Under the pieces are notes generated by a model. The model did no database searches. It was given only the letters and a program-made list of their open reading frames with translations, and had not been told where the DNA came from. A stretch of 62,961 nt of DNA, counting the filler, from Thraustochytrium aureum (taxonomy: Eukaryota), in the NCBI GenBank assembly GCA_012862495.1. It is 6 parts of 2 records of this genome, joined end to end, with 100 filler letters (N's around TTAATTAATTAA, not from the genome) between each part and the next. Parts side by side here need not be neighbours in the genome. Positions count along the whole stretch, not along the records: positions 20,521 to 50,888 come from BLSG01000084.1; 5 more parts are not named here. One strand, written 5' to 3'. The translations under genes and the position numbers were made by a program. How positions within the stretch are numbered: the first letter of the stretch is position 1; each line of letters begins with the position of its first letter. This document shows, piece after piece, positions 22,608 to 33,783 of this stretch.

Positions 22608-25273
22608 TCAAACAGCCGCGGTAAAACTAAGCGACGGTTGCTGCTCAAGCGATGCAATCCGCGCCTTCGCGGCAAGCGCGTGGTGAAGGTCGCTGCGCAG
22701 GGACCTTAGTGGCGGCAGCGGTTTGTCCCACACGAGGTCAAAGGTAGCTGCAACGCTCGGCGCCACATCGACGAGGCGCCCCCCAGAAACCGAAACGAGA
22801 AGACCAGGAAAGGTCGGGCGCAAGGCCTGCGCAATCTCCGACCCGTGCGCCGAGCCCGGGCCCAGATGCTCGTCGAGGCAAATCACGTCAAAGGCCGGGC
22901 CGGCGTCGAGCGCCGCGTACATTGCAGCTTCCGAGCTAGCGATCTCGACGGTGCAGTCAGGGGCTACTTTAGCGAGAAGACGGCGTATGATGGAGGCGGG
23001 GACAGGGTCGTCGTCGGTGACCAGGAAGCGAAGGCCGCGCGGCAGCGGCAGGAGGGTGTGCAGAACTTTGGTGAGCTCGGCGTTGGAAGGCAGCGGCTTA
23101 CGTAGAAAGGCGTCCGCGCCGGCTCGTAGGTGTATCCCGCTGACGTCGTTTGCGCTGCAGCCAATTATGACGCCGCGAAACCCGCGGGAGCGCATCGCGC
23201 GGATGGTCTCCTCGCCGTTGAGCATCTGCTCAGGGCCTGGCATGTAGTGGTCGACAATGACGAGGTCGATAGGCTGCGCCTCGCTCGAGATGAGCTCAAG
23301 CGCGCGCTCGCCGCTCGCGGCCTCGAGCGCCGTGCTCGTCTCTCCAAAAAGGCGGCAGAGCCTGCGCAAGATCATCTTGCGCACGAGGAGGTCGTCGTCG
23401 ACAACGAGGACGCGCAGCCCCTTCAAGCAGGCAAACTCACTGGGGTGGCCCTCGTACTCGGCCGTGCCAGGCGGCGCGCTGGGAGCCCTCACGGCCTTGA
23501 GAGGGAGCTCGACAACGAAGCGCGCGCCCGGGCGCCCTGGGATGCCGGACGAGTATGTCGTGTCTAGCGACACGTTGCCGCCCATGGCCTCCACGAGCAC
23601 CTTGCAGAGGCACAGCCCAATCCCCGTCCCTTGGCGCAAAAGGTCCAGGCTCTCCTCGTACTTGAGGAACAGCTTTTCGCGCTGGTTCGCTGGAACACCT
23701 GGACCAGAGTCCTCGACGGCAAACACAACGGTGCCTTGGCGCACCGGGTCGGGCGGGCGGTGACGCGCACAAAGCCCTCCTCCACAAACTTGACCGCGTT
23801 CTTGGCCAGGTTGACCAGGACTTGCTGAAGACGAAGCGGGTCCACGCTGACCCAGAGCTCGTTGGCACACTCGACCTGGATCCGCACCGCGGAGCTGGTC
23901 CCATTTCGGTTGAGCATCGACTGCACTGGGAGGAGAACATCGTCGAGAACGGAGACGTCGCGCGGCTCGAGCGCCAGGTTGCCCCGCAGAAACTTGTTCA
24001 CGTCAAGCGTGTTGGAGAGCAGGTCATTGATGTACCGCAGGCTGGACTGGATCAGCTTGGTGTCGCTCCGCGCGGAGGCCTCCAGCTCAGGTTCCACCCA
24101 GGAAACCGCGTCCAGGGTCGAGGCGACAAAGCCCGCCGCCGAGACGGCTACTGAGAGCGGGTTGCGAACCTCGTGTGCAAGGAACTCGTTCAAAACTGCT
24201 CCGCCTCCGCAACGGCGATTGCCCGCTTCTCCCGATGCGAGACGCGCTCGCGCTCAAGGTTGGCCGCCGCGATGCGCTCGCGACGGGCGCCGAAAAGGAA
24301 TAGCACCGACACGAAGAGAAAGAGGATCGAGACGAGAATGCTGCCCAGGGTTGTGTGCCCCAGGGGCGTCGAGCGAAACGCGGGCGTGCCAAGCACCATG
24401 ATGCACCATTCCTTGCTGGCAAACGTAAAGTCGACTCTGTGGACGAGGAACGAGTCCGACACCAAGTCAAAGTTCGGGTCGCCCGACAGCTGCTTTGGAG
24501 GCGAACCGCCAAACTCCCCGAGGGCCTCCAGCGCGCCAGAGAGGCTGGACTGCATGTACAGGCGCACGAAAAGGCCGGGTTCGAGGTTGATCAGATGCGC
24601 CACGATGTTTGGCACGCGGATAATGGTCTGCACGAAGTCTGTTGTCCCGGTGATCGGGACCTGGAGGATTACGCTTCTTACGCCGTACCTCTCCTGCACG
24701 ATGGTCACTGGGCCGTACATCACAGCTCGCTGATTTTTGATGCATTCGAGGATCTCTTTGGCCCGGTGCGTTTGAACGAAGGCGTCAAGGAGGATCGCCT
24801 CAATGTTGGTCTCGGGCGGTTCGACAAAAAGGAGCGGATAGTAGAATGGCGCTTCGGGCGACCTCGTCGTGCCAGTGTGAAAGGTCTGCTTCGTTGCGTT
24901 TGCGCCGAGTCGCCTGTTCCAGTACTTTCTTGCGCTCGCCTCGATGCCGGGCCGCTCTTTGGCGGTCACGTTGGGCACATACATGAAGGCATGGAGCTTG
25001 GTGTGGCTGAGCATCACCTGCGCCATGTCGCCGAAACGGTCCTGCAGCGCCAGAAGGTCCTCCCCAGCGCGCGACTGGTCTGACATGTAGGCAGCAAGAA
25101 CTGCGGCGGAGACCTCGAACACCGCCAGCCCGTCCTTGAGCGCATTGATGGCCACGTTTGCTGCTGCAACGAAGGAATCATTCCGGATGTCGCGCACCAT
25201 CGCGTTAGACGACACGGCGTACATCACCGAAAGCGCGACACCCAGAAGCATCAGCGCGCCTGCAAGCGCGACG
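22608..25273 (-). CDS. Hybrid sensor histidine kinase: TM-CHASE-TM-HisKA-HATPase_c-REC-REC (5' end in gap; frameshifts near 24190 and 23745)
   Basis: CHASE-like YVPNVTAKERPGIEASA...YYPLLFVEPPETNIEAILLD...GPVTIVQE between two TM helices; H-box FLAHEVRNPLS; N-box LQQVLVNLAKNAVKF; G-boxes EDSGPGV and GTGIGL; REC1 VLVVDDD..DHYMPG..KP; REC2 LVTDDD..LDEHLG..KP. Confidence 0.9.
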
Positions 25274-27403
25274 NNNNNNNNNNNNNNNNNNNNNNNNNNN
25301 NNNNNNNNNNNNNNNNNNNNNNNNNNNNNNNNNNNNNNNNNNNNNNNNNNNNNNNNNNNNNNNNNNNNNNNNNNNNNNNNNNNNNNNNNNNNNNNNNNNN
25401 NNNNNNNNNNNNNNNNNNNNNNNNNNNNNNNNNNNNNNNNNNNNNNNNNNNNNNNNNNNNNNNNNNNNNNNNNNNNNNNNNNNNNNNNNNNNAGCCCTTC
25501 CTCGGCCGCCTTGGCCACATCACGTCGGCCCGGCACCTCCGCATCGCGAGGATTCTGCATCGAGCAGGGCGCCATGCGCCAAGCAGGCGCGCAAGGACGA
25601 GACAGCCAACCAGCACAGCCGGAGACGTAAAGAACCCCCTGCGACCACGGACGCCCTACCTGTGGTGCTCCTCGGCTCCTGCGCGCGCCTGACGGTCGAT
25701 AGGGCTCTGCTGCTGCTGCTGCTGCTCCTGCTCCTGCTCCTCTGCTGCCCTTGCCCTCTCTCACATACTAGGCGAACACGGCACTTGAAAGAATCGCGCA
25801 AAAACGCCACCTCCTTCCTCCTCCCTGCCCTCAAGGGGAACCCGTTCAAAGCTAGCAGCTTCTGCTTTTCTCCACAGTGGAGCCAACAGTGGGCGGTTTC
25901 CTACTGCGGGTTCCCCAAGAGCTTTGAGGTATTGTGAGGAGCAGTTGGGAATGTAGAAACGATGCACGTTTTAGCTTTGATTCGGGTTCCCTAGTCGATG
26001 GGCGGCCAGAGGCTGATGTGAGGGTCGTCGCGGTGGTCTCGCGGGACTCTGCCGTCGACTTGATTGAAACGCGATTGATTTGAACGCCATCGACTTGGCC
26101 ACTCGCCCAGGACCGGTGCGACTCCGGGACGATTCGTCGGGGAGGCGGGTGCGCCCCTGCAGCGATTTGCGGGCTCGGAGGCCTTCGGCTGAATTGTTTG
26201 GCTCTTGCCTCTAGAGCTAGCTTTGTGGTACGAGCGGCCGAGTGCCCCGGTGAGTTTGTGCAAGTTGCATACCACCCCACGCTCAACTCGCACCACAATC
26301 GGCGAGTCGGAGGGTGACATCGATCAGGGGAACAGTTTTTTTTGCCGGTGGTATGTGAGCACCGTACCGCTATGTATGCGCTGGAGCCTCGAGGCCTTCG
26401 AGATGTGCTGTGTTCAAGTTGGCCGTTTGTGCTTGTCCGAGTTTTAGCTGGCGATCGGCGAGTCGGAAAGGCGGTACGGCGGGCCGACCGAATCGTGAGT
26501 GTCGGTCTCGCTGTTCTCGCTGACGCCGACCGATGCTGCCAGTCGTTGTCAAACGGGCCTTGAAGCGCAGGCTCTACGTTGACGCGGAGGACCTCTCAGC
26601 TGGTGGAGGAGGCACGTCCTCGTGGGAATTGCGCTGACTCGGATCTGCTGTGCTTCATGGGTCAAGAGCAAGTCTCGCAACGTTCCCAAGTCGGGGCTTC
26701 AGCGAGCGCTTGACATGATCAGGAGCACGGTGGCTTCTTGAGCACGATCGAAGGCGAAATCCGGCCTTGACAGCCTCACCAGTCGTGGGGAAGGATCGGG
26801 TGAGAGTTGCACTGCTCTACTACTCGCCTCTCCTCTCGCTTTGCTCCATACCGTTCCCACCGCGCGCCTTGCAGGCCGGGACAATTGCAGCTACTCGTAC
26901 TCTCAACTAGTGACGCTCTCGTCATTCCGTGTTTCTTGAAATCAATCGAACGGTTGGTGGTTGGGGCTCGCTCGCCTCCGCATGAGGCTTCACGAGAAAG
27001 TTGCCTGCCAGTGGGCCCGCATGTGACTCTCTCGTGCCAGCCAGGATCGCAAGGCTTTCTTCACCTACATGCAGTGCCTTTGATTCGTTCGCAGTTGGCT
27101 TCCAGCACCCATGGGGCTTGTGGGTCCTTTCAGCTTGCCGCCCCAGTTGGAGCTGCCTTTCGACGGTTCGGCATTGCCATTTCGTTCAACTTTCGGAGAG
27201 AGCACGGCGTAGGTCAGATGCGGGACAAGCCCGATTTTAAATGAAAGCTTTTCTTGGCGTGGCGCGGCGCGGCGGTGGTGACAGTGGGTGGCTGGCAGTC
27301 TGGCAAGACAAGAGCGCGCTTTCTGGCTGCGGTCGGCCGCCTCGCCCAACGCAACCCGGCAGGTCCCGCTACCTTGGCGTGCAAAATAGGCAGAGCAGGC
27401 CAG

Positions 27404-28401
27404 TCAGTGCGGGGTCGGCGGGGCGCGCGACATTGCGGCGGAAATAACCTGGCGGGCGCGGTCGTCCGTGTCGCTCGTGTCATCGAGGCAGCCCTGCACC
27501 TGCGGCATTTGGAGGAAAGCGTGCATGCAGCGAAGCAGCGTCGCGTGGGCCGCCTTGCGAAAGTGAGCGTCTCCCAACTCGGACGAGTTGGCAATCTTCT
27601 CAATCGCCGCCACGTAGCTCTGCAGCGCTGCGATGAGCGCATCAGAGCTCGGCGCCCTCAAGCAGCAGTTCTCCATTCGCCGGATCGCATCGATCGCGCC
27701 CGAGTACGGCTGGCTGTTCACCGTGGAAACCGCAAAGGTGGACTCTTGCTTGCTGCGGGGCTGGAGGCAGTCCAAGCAGTGCCGCACTGGCTGCAGGTAG
27801 CCCAGGGACGGGATCGGAGTCGCATTTGTGCGCGGCGCGCATCGCTCGCAAAAGATACGCCCGCACCGCCGGCAGTGGTGGCGCCTATTCGTCAGCGAAA
27901 ATGGCACACCGCACCTGAAGCAGTCTGCGTGGTCCTCATCTCGGTCCCACACCGGAACGGGCACCGCGCCGGGTGAGGCCTCCGCCTTCTGCTCCAAGAG
28001 CTCGCGCAGCTCGAAAGCGGCTACTTTCATCCTCAGCTCTTCAACCTCCTCCAGGCACGCGAGTCGCGTCTCGAGAAATTCCTTTTGCTGCGCCGTCGAC
28101 TCGGCCTGCTCTTTCGCTTGCATCAAGGCGATCTCCAGTTTCGTTGCAATGCTGCTGCTGACGGAGCTGTCGGCCTCGCCGCCTTCCATTTCGCTCCCAC
28201 TTTCCCTTCGGCAGCTGCCATACGCGCTCTCGCCGTCTTCCTCGTCCAGCGTGTCCCCGCTGGGCCTAATATTGCGCACGCGGTCCGAGGCCAATTTGAT
28301 TGACTTTTTCACCTCGGAGATCTCGTTTGAAAACGTTTGCGCGTACCAGCTCGTGAGGTCTGCGTCAGCGTCCGATGAGAGGCGGATCACGCGGGGCAGT
28401 G
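27404..28401 (-). CDS. FYVE zinc-finger protein with coiled coil (3' part; 5' in gap)
   Basis: WDRDEDHADCFRCGVPFSLTNRRHHCRRCGRIFCERC...VRHCLDC (WxxD, RRHHCR, zinc-binding Cys). Confidence 0.9.
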
Positions 28402-28889
28402 NNNNNNNNNNNNNNNNNNNNNNNNNNNNNNNNNNNNNNNNNNNNNNNNNNNNNNNNNNNNNNNNNNNNNNNNNNNNNNNNNNNNNNNNNNNNNNNNNNN
28501 NNNNNNNNNNNNNNNNNNNNNNNNNNNNNNNNNNNNNNNNNNNNNNNNNNNNNNNNNNNNNNNNNNNNNNNNNNNNNNNNNNNNNNNNNNNNNNNNNNNN
28601 NNNNNNNNNNNNNNNNNNNNNNNNNNNNNNNNNNNNNNNNNNNNNNNNNNNNNNNNNNNNNNNNNNNNNNNNNNNNNNNNNNNNNNNNNNNNNNNNNNNN
28701 NNNNNNNNNNNNNNNNNNNNNNNNNNNNNNNNNNNNNNNNNNNNNNNNNNNNNNNNNNNNNNACTGCGGGTGCGAACGCCAATGCTACAGCAAGCGCTGC
28801 AGCAAACGCTGCAGTTGCTGCAGACGCTTGCTGCTGTTGCCACCACCGCCAATACTGGTGCGCTGCTCAAGGTGATGCCGCGGCACCCG

Positions 28890-29012
28890 GAGGCGCTGCT
28901 GCTGCTGCTGCTGCAAGCGCTGCTGCAAGCGCTGCTGCAAGCGCTGCTGTTGCTGCTGCCAATGCCTATGCCGCTGCAGATGCTACCAACGCGGCCGCCG
29001 CCGCCGCCGCCG
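28890..29012. repeat. (CTG)n/(CCG)n low-complexity tract with 12-bp GCGCTGCTGCAA repeats
   Basis: Read directly; coding status unresolved. Confidence 0.7.
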
Positions 29013-29631
29013 CAGCTCTGTACCGCCGCGTCCTCGCCGTCGTTCCGTGTCTGCTGCCACTCTCGCCAATCCAAGTGTTCGTTGCAAACAACAAACACAT
29101 GCTGCATTCCCTTTAAAGAGCACGCGACAATGTGTTCATAAACCAGCTGCAAAAGGGAGGCTCTCTTTAAAAAGGCCAGGCCCACGGAAAATGCTGAATG
29201 CATTTGCAAGCGTGGGCCAGTCGGCTACGGGAAATGACTAGGGACTGCTACTGGATCCGCCCCGCAAAACAGGCTCGACGTACCTTATTTCAGCCTTTTT
29301 CGCATAAATAGTAAATAAAGAAGACGAGCGGAAAACGAAATCAAGTAGCTAACAGTTTGGGCGATAGAGCGTTAATTAAAACCTTAACTAAAAAGGAAGG
29401 GTTCTGATTGTTCATCACAGAGTCGCATGACAGCCTGATTGATGAGGATGTGGATGGATTTTTTTGGAGATGGACGATGGACATCCACCCCATCCAGCAG
29501 ACGCCGAATGCGTCGGGTGCGGCCCGGCGGTTGCGGCACGAAGTGGGGAAAAGGCAGCACGAGCTGCGTCCTTCGCGGACCCGGGCCTTTTGTTTTTGCT
29601 CTTTGCTTTGGCTGCTGCCGGGCTTGGCGAT

Positions 29632-31443
29632 ATGGACCCTGGCGGCGTCGTTGGCCTGTTCGGCACGTTTGACCTCCTTCACTCCGGACACGTGGCCTGT
29701 GCGCGCGAAGCCCGCGCGGCTGCTGGACGGGATGGACGCGTTGTGCTGGCGATATGGCGCGACGCCGCGGCGAGACGGAGGAACGGCCGGGACGTGGTGA
29801 TGCCGGTGCGTGAACGCAAGTTTTTGTGCGAGAATTTGAGGGACGTTGATGAGGTCGTTGTGGTGGACAGCGAGTCGGGCGACGTGGCCGACGCCGTGCA
29901 TGCACTGGCGGCGGCAGGCGTTGAGCGCTTGCTGGCAAATGACGAGGATGCCTGCGCAGGGCTGCGAGAGGCCTGCGCCGCGAGCAAGATCGCGCTCCAA
30001 ATCGGCAGTCGGTTGCCGCTGCCTGGCCTCGTGCCGCGGAGCACCGCAGACGTGCTTGAAATGGTCAATGAGAGCAAAGGCGAAGTTAACGAAAACCGAG
30101 CCCCTGCAAAGGTGGCGACCCCGCGAAACGGCGGTGCAGGCAACGACGGCGCGGAAAGCGCAAAGCCTGCACTGGCCCCCCCGCGCCCCCCGACGAGCCG
30201 GCCCGTGGTGTTCGTCTCAGGGTGCTACGACTTTCTCCACTCGGGCCACGTCGAGTTTTTCCGCTCGGCAGCAGAGCTCGGCGACCTGTACGTGAGCATT
30301 GGCAGCGACGCCAACATCCTCCTGCTCAAGCACCACAGGGCCATGTTTCCCGAGGACGAGCGCCTCACGATGGTTGCCGCGATGCGCAGCGTTGCGGAAG
30401 CGCGGGTCTGTCGCGGCAGCGGGATGCTCGACTTTGAGGCAGATCTCGACATCATCAAGCCCGACATCTTCTTCGTCAACGAAGACGGGCATCGCGAATC
30501 CAAGGAGCTCGCTTGTGCCGCGCGCGGAATCAAGTACGTGGTCGCCGAGCGACTGCCGGCCGCGGGACTCGATGCGCGCAGCTCGACGGCGCTCAAAGCC
30601 AGCCTCGCCGACAAAGCTCCAACACCCTCGGTCGGCAGCGGCAACGACAGCGGCCTTCTCGACGACCTGGACGCTTTCCCATGGCGCATCTGCCTCGCAG
30701 GGGGCTGGTTGGACCAGCCTTGGGTCTCGCAGGTTGTTCCCGGACCTGTCGTTGTGGTCAACATTTGGCCCCACGAGCAGTTCAAGACGCGGTCCGGCCT
30801 CGCCACGAGCACGCGCCAGGTCGGCATCAAGCTTTGGGGGACGCGGAGGCGCGACTCGCAGGGCCCGCCCGCTGACGTCTCGGGCCTCGAGCTTGCCTAC
30901 ATGCTCTTTGGCGCCGAGAACCCCCCCGGCAGCAAGTACGTGGCAGGCTCGCAGGACGCCATCGGGCTCATGTTGCCCGGAATCAACCGCCTCGACTACG
31001 CCGGCGCGTATTGGCCGCACAAGGTCACGCAATGCCCCGACCGCGACGGCGCTTCCGCCTGGCTCCAGAGCGTGCTCTGGCTCGTGCCACTCGCTTCTCG
31101 GCCCGATGGGTACGACCCGTTGGAGCACAAGGCGCTCACGATCGAAAACGTCACCCTGCTCGCCGATGCGAGCAACCGGGCTTGGGCAGCCGTTCTCGCG
31201 AGGGACGCGCCAGAGCTCGGGGCAGCGCTCAATGACACAATGGCGGCCTGGCGGGCCATGCTCCCAAACACCGTTCCCATGCCCGACAGCGAGGAATGGT
31301 GCAAGCCGTACCGGGAGGGCTGGCACGGCTGTTTGTTCAGCGGTTGCGGGGGTGGCTTCCTCATGGTCGTCTCGGATCCTGGTCGCCCAGTTGACAACGG
31401 GTTCCAGATCAGGATCAAGACGACCGCCTGGTTTGACCGCTGA
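29632..31443 (+). CDS. Fusion of two cytidylyltransferase-like (HxGH) domains and a GHMP-kinase-like domain
   Basis: Domain 1 GTFDLLHSGH; domain 2 VFVSGCYDFLHSGHVEFF...SIGSD...DERL...RSSTAL; kinase-like PWRICLAGGWLDQPWVS, RSGLATST, AGSQDAIG, SGCGGGFLMVVS. Intact and intronless. Confidence 0.88.
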   Translation: MDPGGVVGLFGTFDLLHSGHVACAREARAAAGRDGRVVLAIWRDAAARRRNGRDVVMPVRERKFLCENLRDVDEVVVVDSESGDVADAVHALAAAGVERLLANDEDACAGLREACAASKIALQIGSRLPLPGLVPRSTADVLEMVNESKGEVNENRAPAKVATPRNGGAGNDGAESAKPALAPPRPPTSRPVVFVSGCYDFLHSGHVEFFRSAAELGDLYVSIGSDANILLLKHHRAMFPEDERLTMVAAMRSVAEARVCRGSGMLDFEADLDIIKPDIFFVNEDGHRESKELACAARGIKYVVAERLPAAGLDARSSTALKASLADKAPTPSVGSGNDSGLLDDLDAFPWRICLAGGWLDQPWVSQVVPGPVVVVNIWPHEQFKTRSGLATSTRQVGIKLWGTRRRDSQGPPADVSGLELAYMLFGAENPPGSKYVAGSQDAIGLMLPGINRLDYAGAYWPHKVTQCPDRDGASAWLQSVLWLVPLASRPDGYDPLEHKALTIENVTLLADASNRAWAAVLARDAPELGAALNDTMAAWRAMLPNTVPMPDSEEWCKPYREGWHGCLFSGCGGGFLMVVSDPGRPVDNGFQIRIKTTAWFDR

Positions 31444-31767
31444 ACGACAGCCTCTCGAGCCTGTTTTTAAACCGCACAACACGCCAACGACCCAAGGGCC
31501 AAGGCCTTCCTCTAGCTAGAGCGCACTTTGCGTTTTTGGCGCTGGCGCGGCGCTGACGAACTGGGGGCGGGCGCTTCTTGCATCGGCTGAGTCAACGTTG
31601 CCGTAGTTTAGTTGAAAAGCGTGGCTACGTCTGTATTTTTCGCTACTACCTCGCGCGCCTGCGCCAGCGTCGCACGAAACGGGCCAAAGGTCTTGCAAAC
31701 TCTCGCCGTGCTCGTTCTCGCTTCCACGGTGCCGTGAGGGAGCCGCCCGGCTTGGTGGCCGGTCGCG

Positions 31768-33783
31768 CTAGACAACCATCATCGTGCGCAGCGCGCCGTC
31801 GCGTAGTTCGCAGTGCTCGCGCGCCACAGACTCCAAGACGTCGGCGACCACGTTGGGAAAGTGGTCCAAGGCCATGCGGCGGGAAATCACAAACTCCTCG
31901 AGCGCGTGGCGGTCCGCAACCCAGACAGGGAGGTAAACGTCTGTGCTACTAGTGCAGCAGGAACCTCCAATGGTCTCGGTTCGCATAATGTGCAAGAGGC
32001 GGCCCGGCGCAAACATGGGCGTTCGGCTCAAAAAGTCGTTGCCCTCCGCCTGCGCCTGCAGGCGCTGGATCTTGAGGGCCAGCTGCTGGCGAGCGAACGT
32101 GTTGGGAACCTGGTCCGCTGGGTACATGAGGTCGTCCGCGTGCGTGTTGGTAATGGCCGAACGCATCGCCTTGGGCTTGTTCACCTTGGAGCGCCGCAGA
32201 CACTCGAGCATCTGGCCGCGCAGCTTGAGAAGCGAGCGCCAGCTAGAATGCGGGACAAGGTCGTTCCCCACAAAGATGCTGTCGATCCAGGCAGCAGAGC
32301 GCTCTGCCATAGCAAAGTCAAATATGCACCCTGGCGGGCTGTACGCGAGCACGCGCAGGTCCGGATACACCGGCTTGAGCATCAGCGAAAGTATCGACGC
32401 CACACCAGCGCCGAGACTGTGGCCGATCACCTTGAGCCGGTACCCAGCGCAGTTCGGCAGCCGCGCCAAGTCGGCCGGGACAAAAACGCCGTCGCCCTCC
32501 TCGTGCAAGCCGGCGCCAGAGTGCGCATCGCTGCTACCGTGCGCGCTGTCAGCCGCTGTACCGTATGTGCGGTTGGCGGCACCTGCGCCGCTAAGGAGCG
32601 CTGCCAGAATGCCGTGCTTGTCAACGTCCTTCCGAATCGACTCGGCGGTCTTGAGCATGCCGCCGTGCGCGTGCGAGTCCTCGGCAACGAGGCCCTGAAA
32701 GCCCCAGCGCTCTGCGGCGGGCGTGAGACTCCTCGGGGTCACGATGGCGTCAATCAACATGTCGGCGGCAGACAACGTGCCGCGAATCGCAAGCACGACG
32801 CAGCGAGTCTCGTGCTCGACGGCGATGCAGTACGGCGATTCGTGCAGCTTGTTACTAAAGTTGGCAAAACACAACGGCGGAGCGCAAGCGCTTCGAGAGG
32901 TTGATCTGAAGCGCCGAGTAGTTGAGCGAACAGCAGTCGTCGGCCATGATCGTGGAAGAAAAGCTCGACGAGCGCTCCCTGGCGCCGCCCGAAAGGCCAC
33001 CAGAGCCAGCCTCGGCTGGCTTGCCGCCAGGGCACACCAGCTGGCACGGCCCGGTCACTAGGTTCATGTACGTGAAGAGGAGCTTGCCGTAAATGCCCAG
33101 CATGAACGGGGAAAAGTGGGCCGCGTCCGCCAGCACCGTCTTGGCTTCCTCGTTCAAGGCCACGTGCGAGGTCTCAAAGTGCTGCACGCGCATCCGCCGC
33201 CGCGCGCGCGCCTCCGCCTCAGACCCTTCCCAAAGCCACGCGCGAAAGGACTCTGCCGAGCCGAACGGCAGCGACAAACCCGGCGTCGTGGGCGCAGTGG
33301 AGCGCTGAGGCGCAAGCGGCGAGGATGTCACGGACGGCCCAAGCCGTCTCCGCGATCAGCCCGGCCCTCGAGCGAACTGTGGAGTGATGGCTCAAGCTGG
33401 TTGCGGATGATGGCCTGGACCGCTTTCGTCTCAATCGAGCGCTGCTCCGCGCGGAGCAGGCACAACGCGGCAATGAGGTCGGAAGGGACAACGTCCATGC
33501 CCTTGAAAAACCGTGCCATCACGTTCGCCACGTTTCGGTACGTCTCGTCTGACGTTTCGTGTACTGTGCTCCCAAACAAGTTGCACGTGCACAGCTGAAA
33601 CACGTTGCACATTCGCCGGCATCGCTGCTCCCAGTCGGTGCGTGTAACGCTCCACGACATACCCTCGTCGTCGCTGGCGTGGTGCACAAAGTCGATTCCG
33701 TTGCCAAAGCTCGCTTCGTCTGCCGCCTCCTCCTCTTCCATGCGCGAGTAGCCGCCCGCAGTGTCTACGGTCACGCGCCGATT
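31768..33783 (-). CDS. DAGL: Diacylglycerol lipase alpha/beta-like (Lipase_3); 5' in gap; frameshifts near 33330 and 32870
   Basis: DVVPSDLIAALCLL, PYCIAVEHETRCVVLAIRGTLSAADMLID, AHGGM, GHSLGAG, AYSPPG, GNDLVP, MALDHFP. Confidence 0.9.

Noticed and set aside
25493..27400. Transposon remnant or gene between the histidine kinase and the FYVE gene
   Set aside because: Only short ORFs; no transposase/RT motifs or terminal repeats recognised.
28763..29209. N-terminal exon of the FYVE protein as given by the ORF track
   Set aside because: Frame continuity through the N gap is artificial and the translation is low-complexity in all frames.
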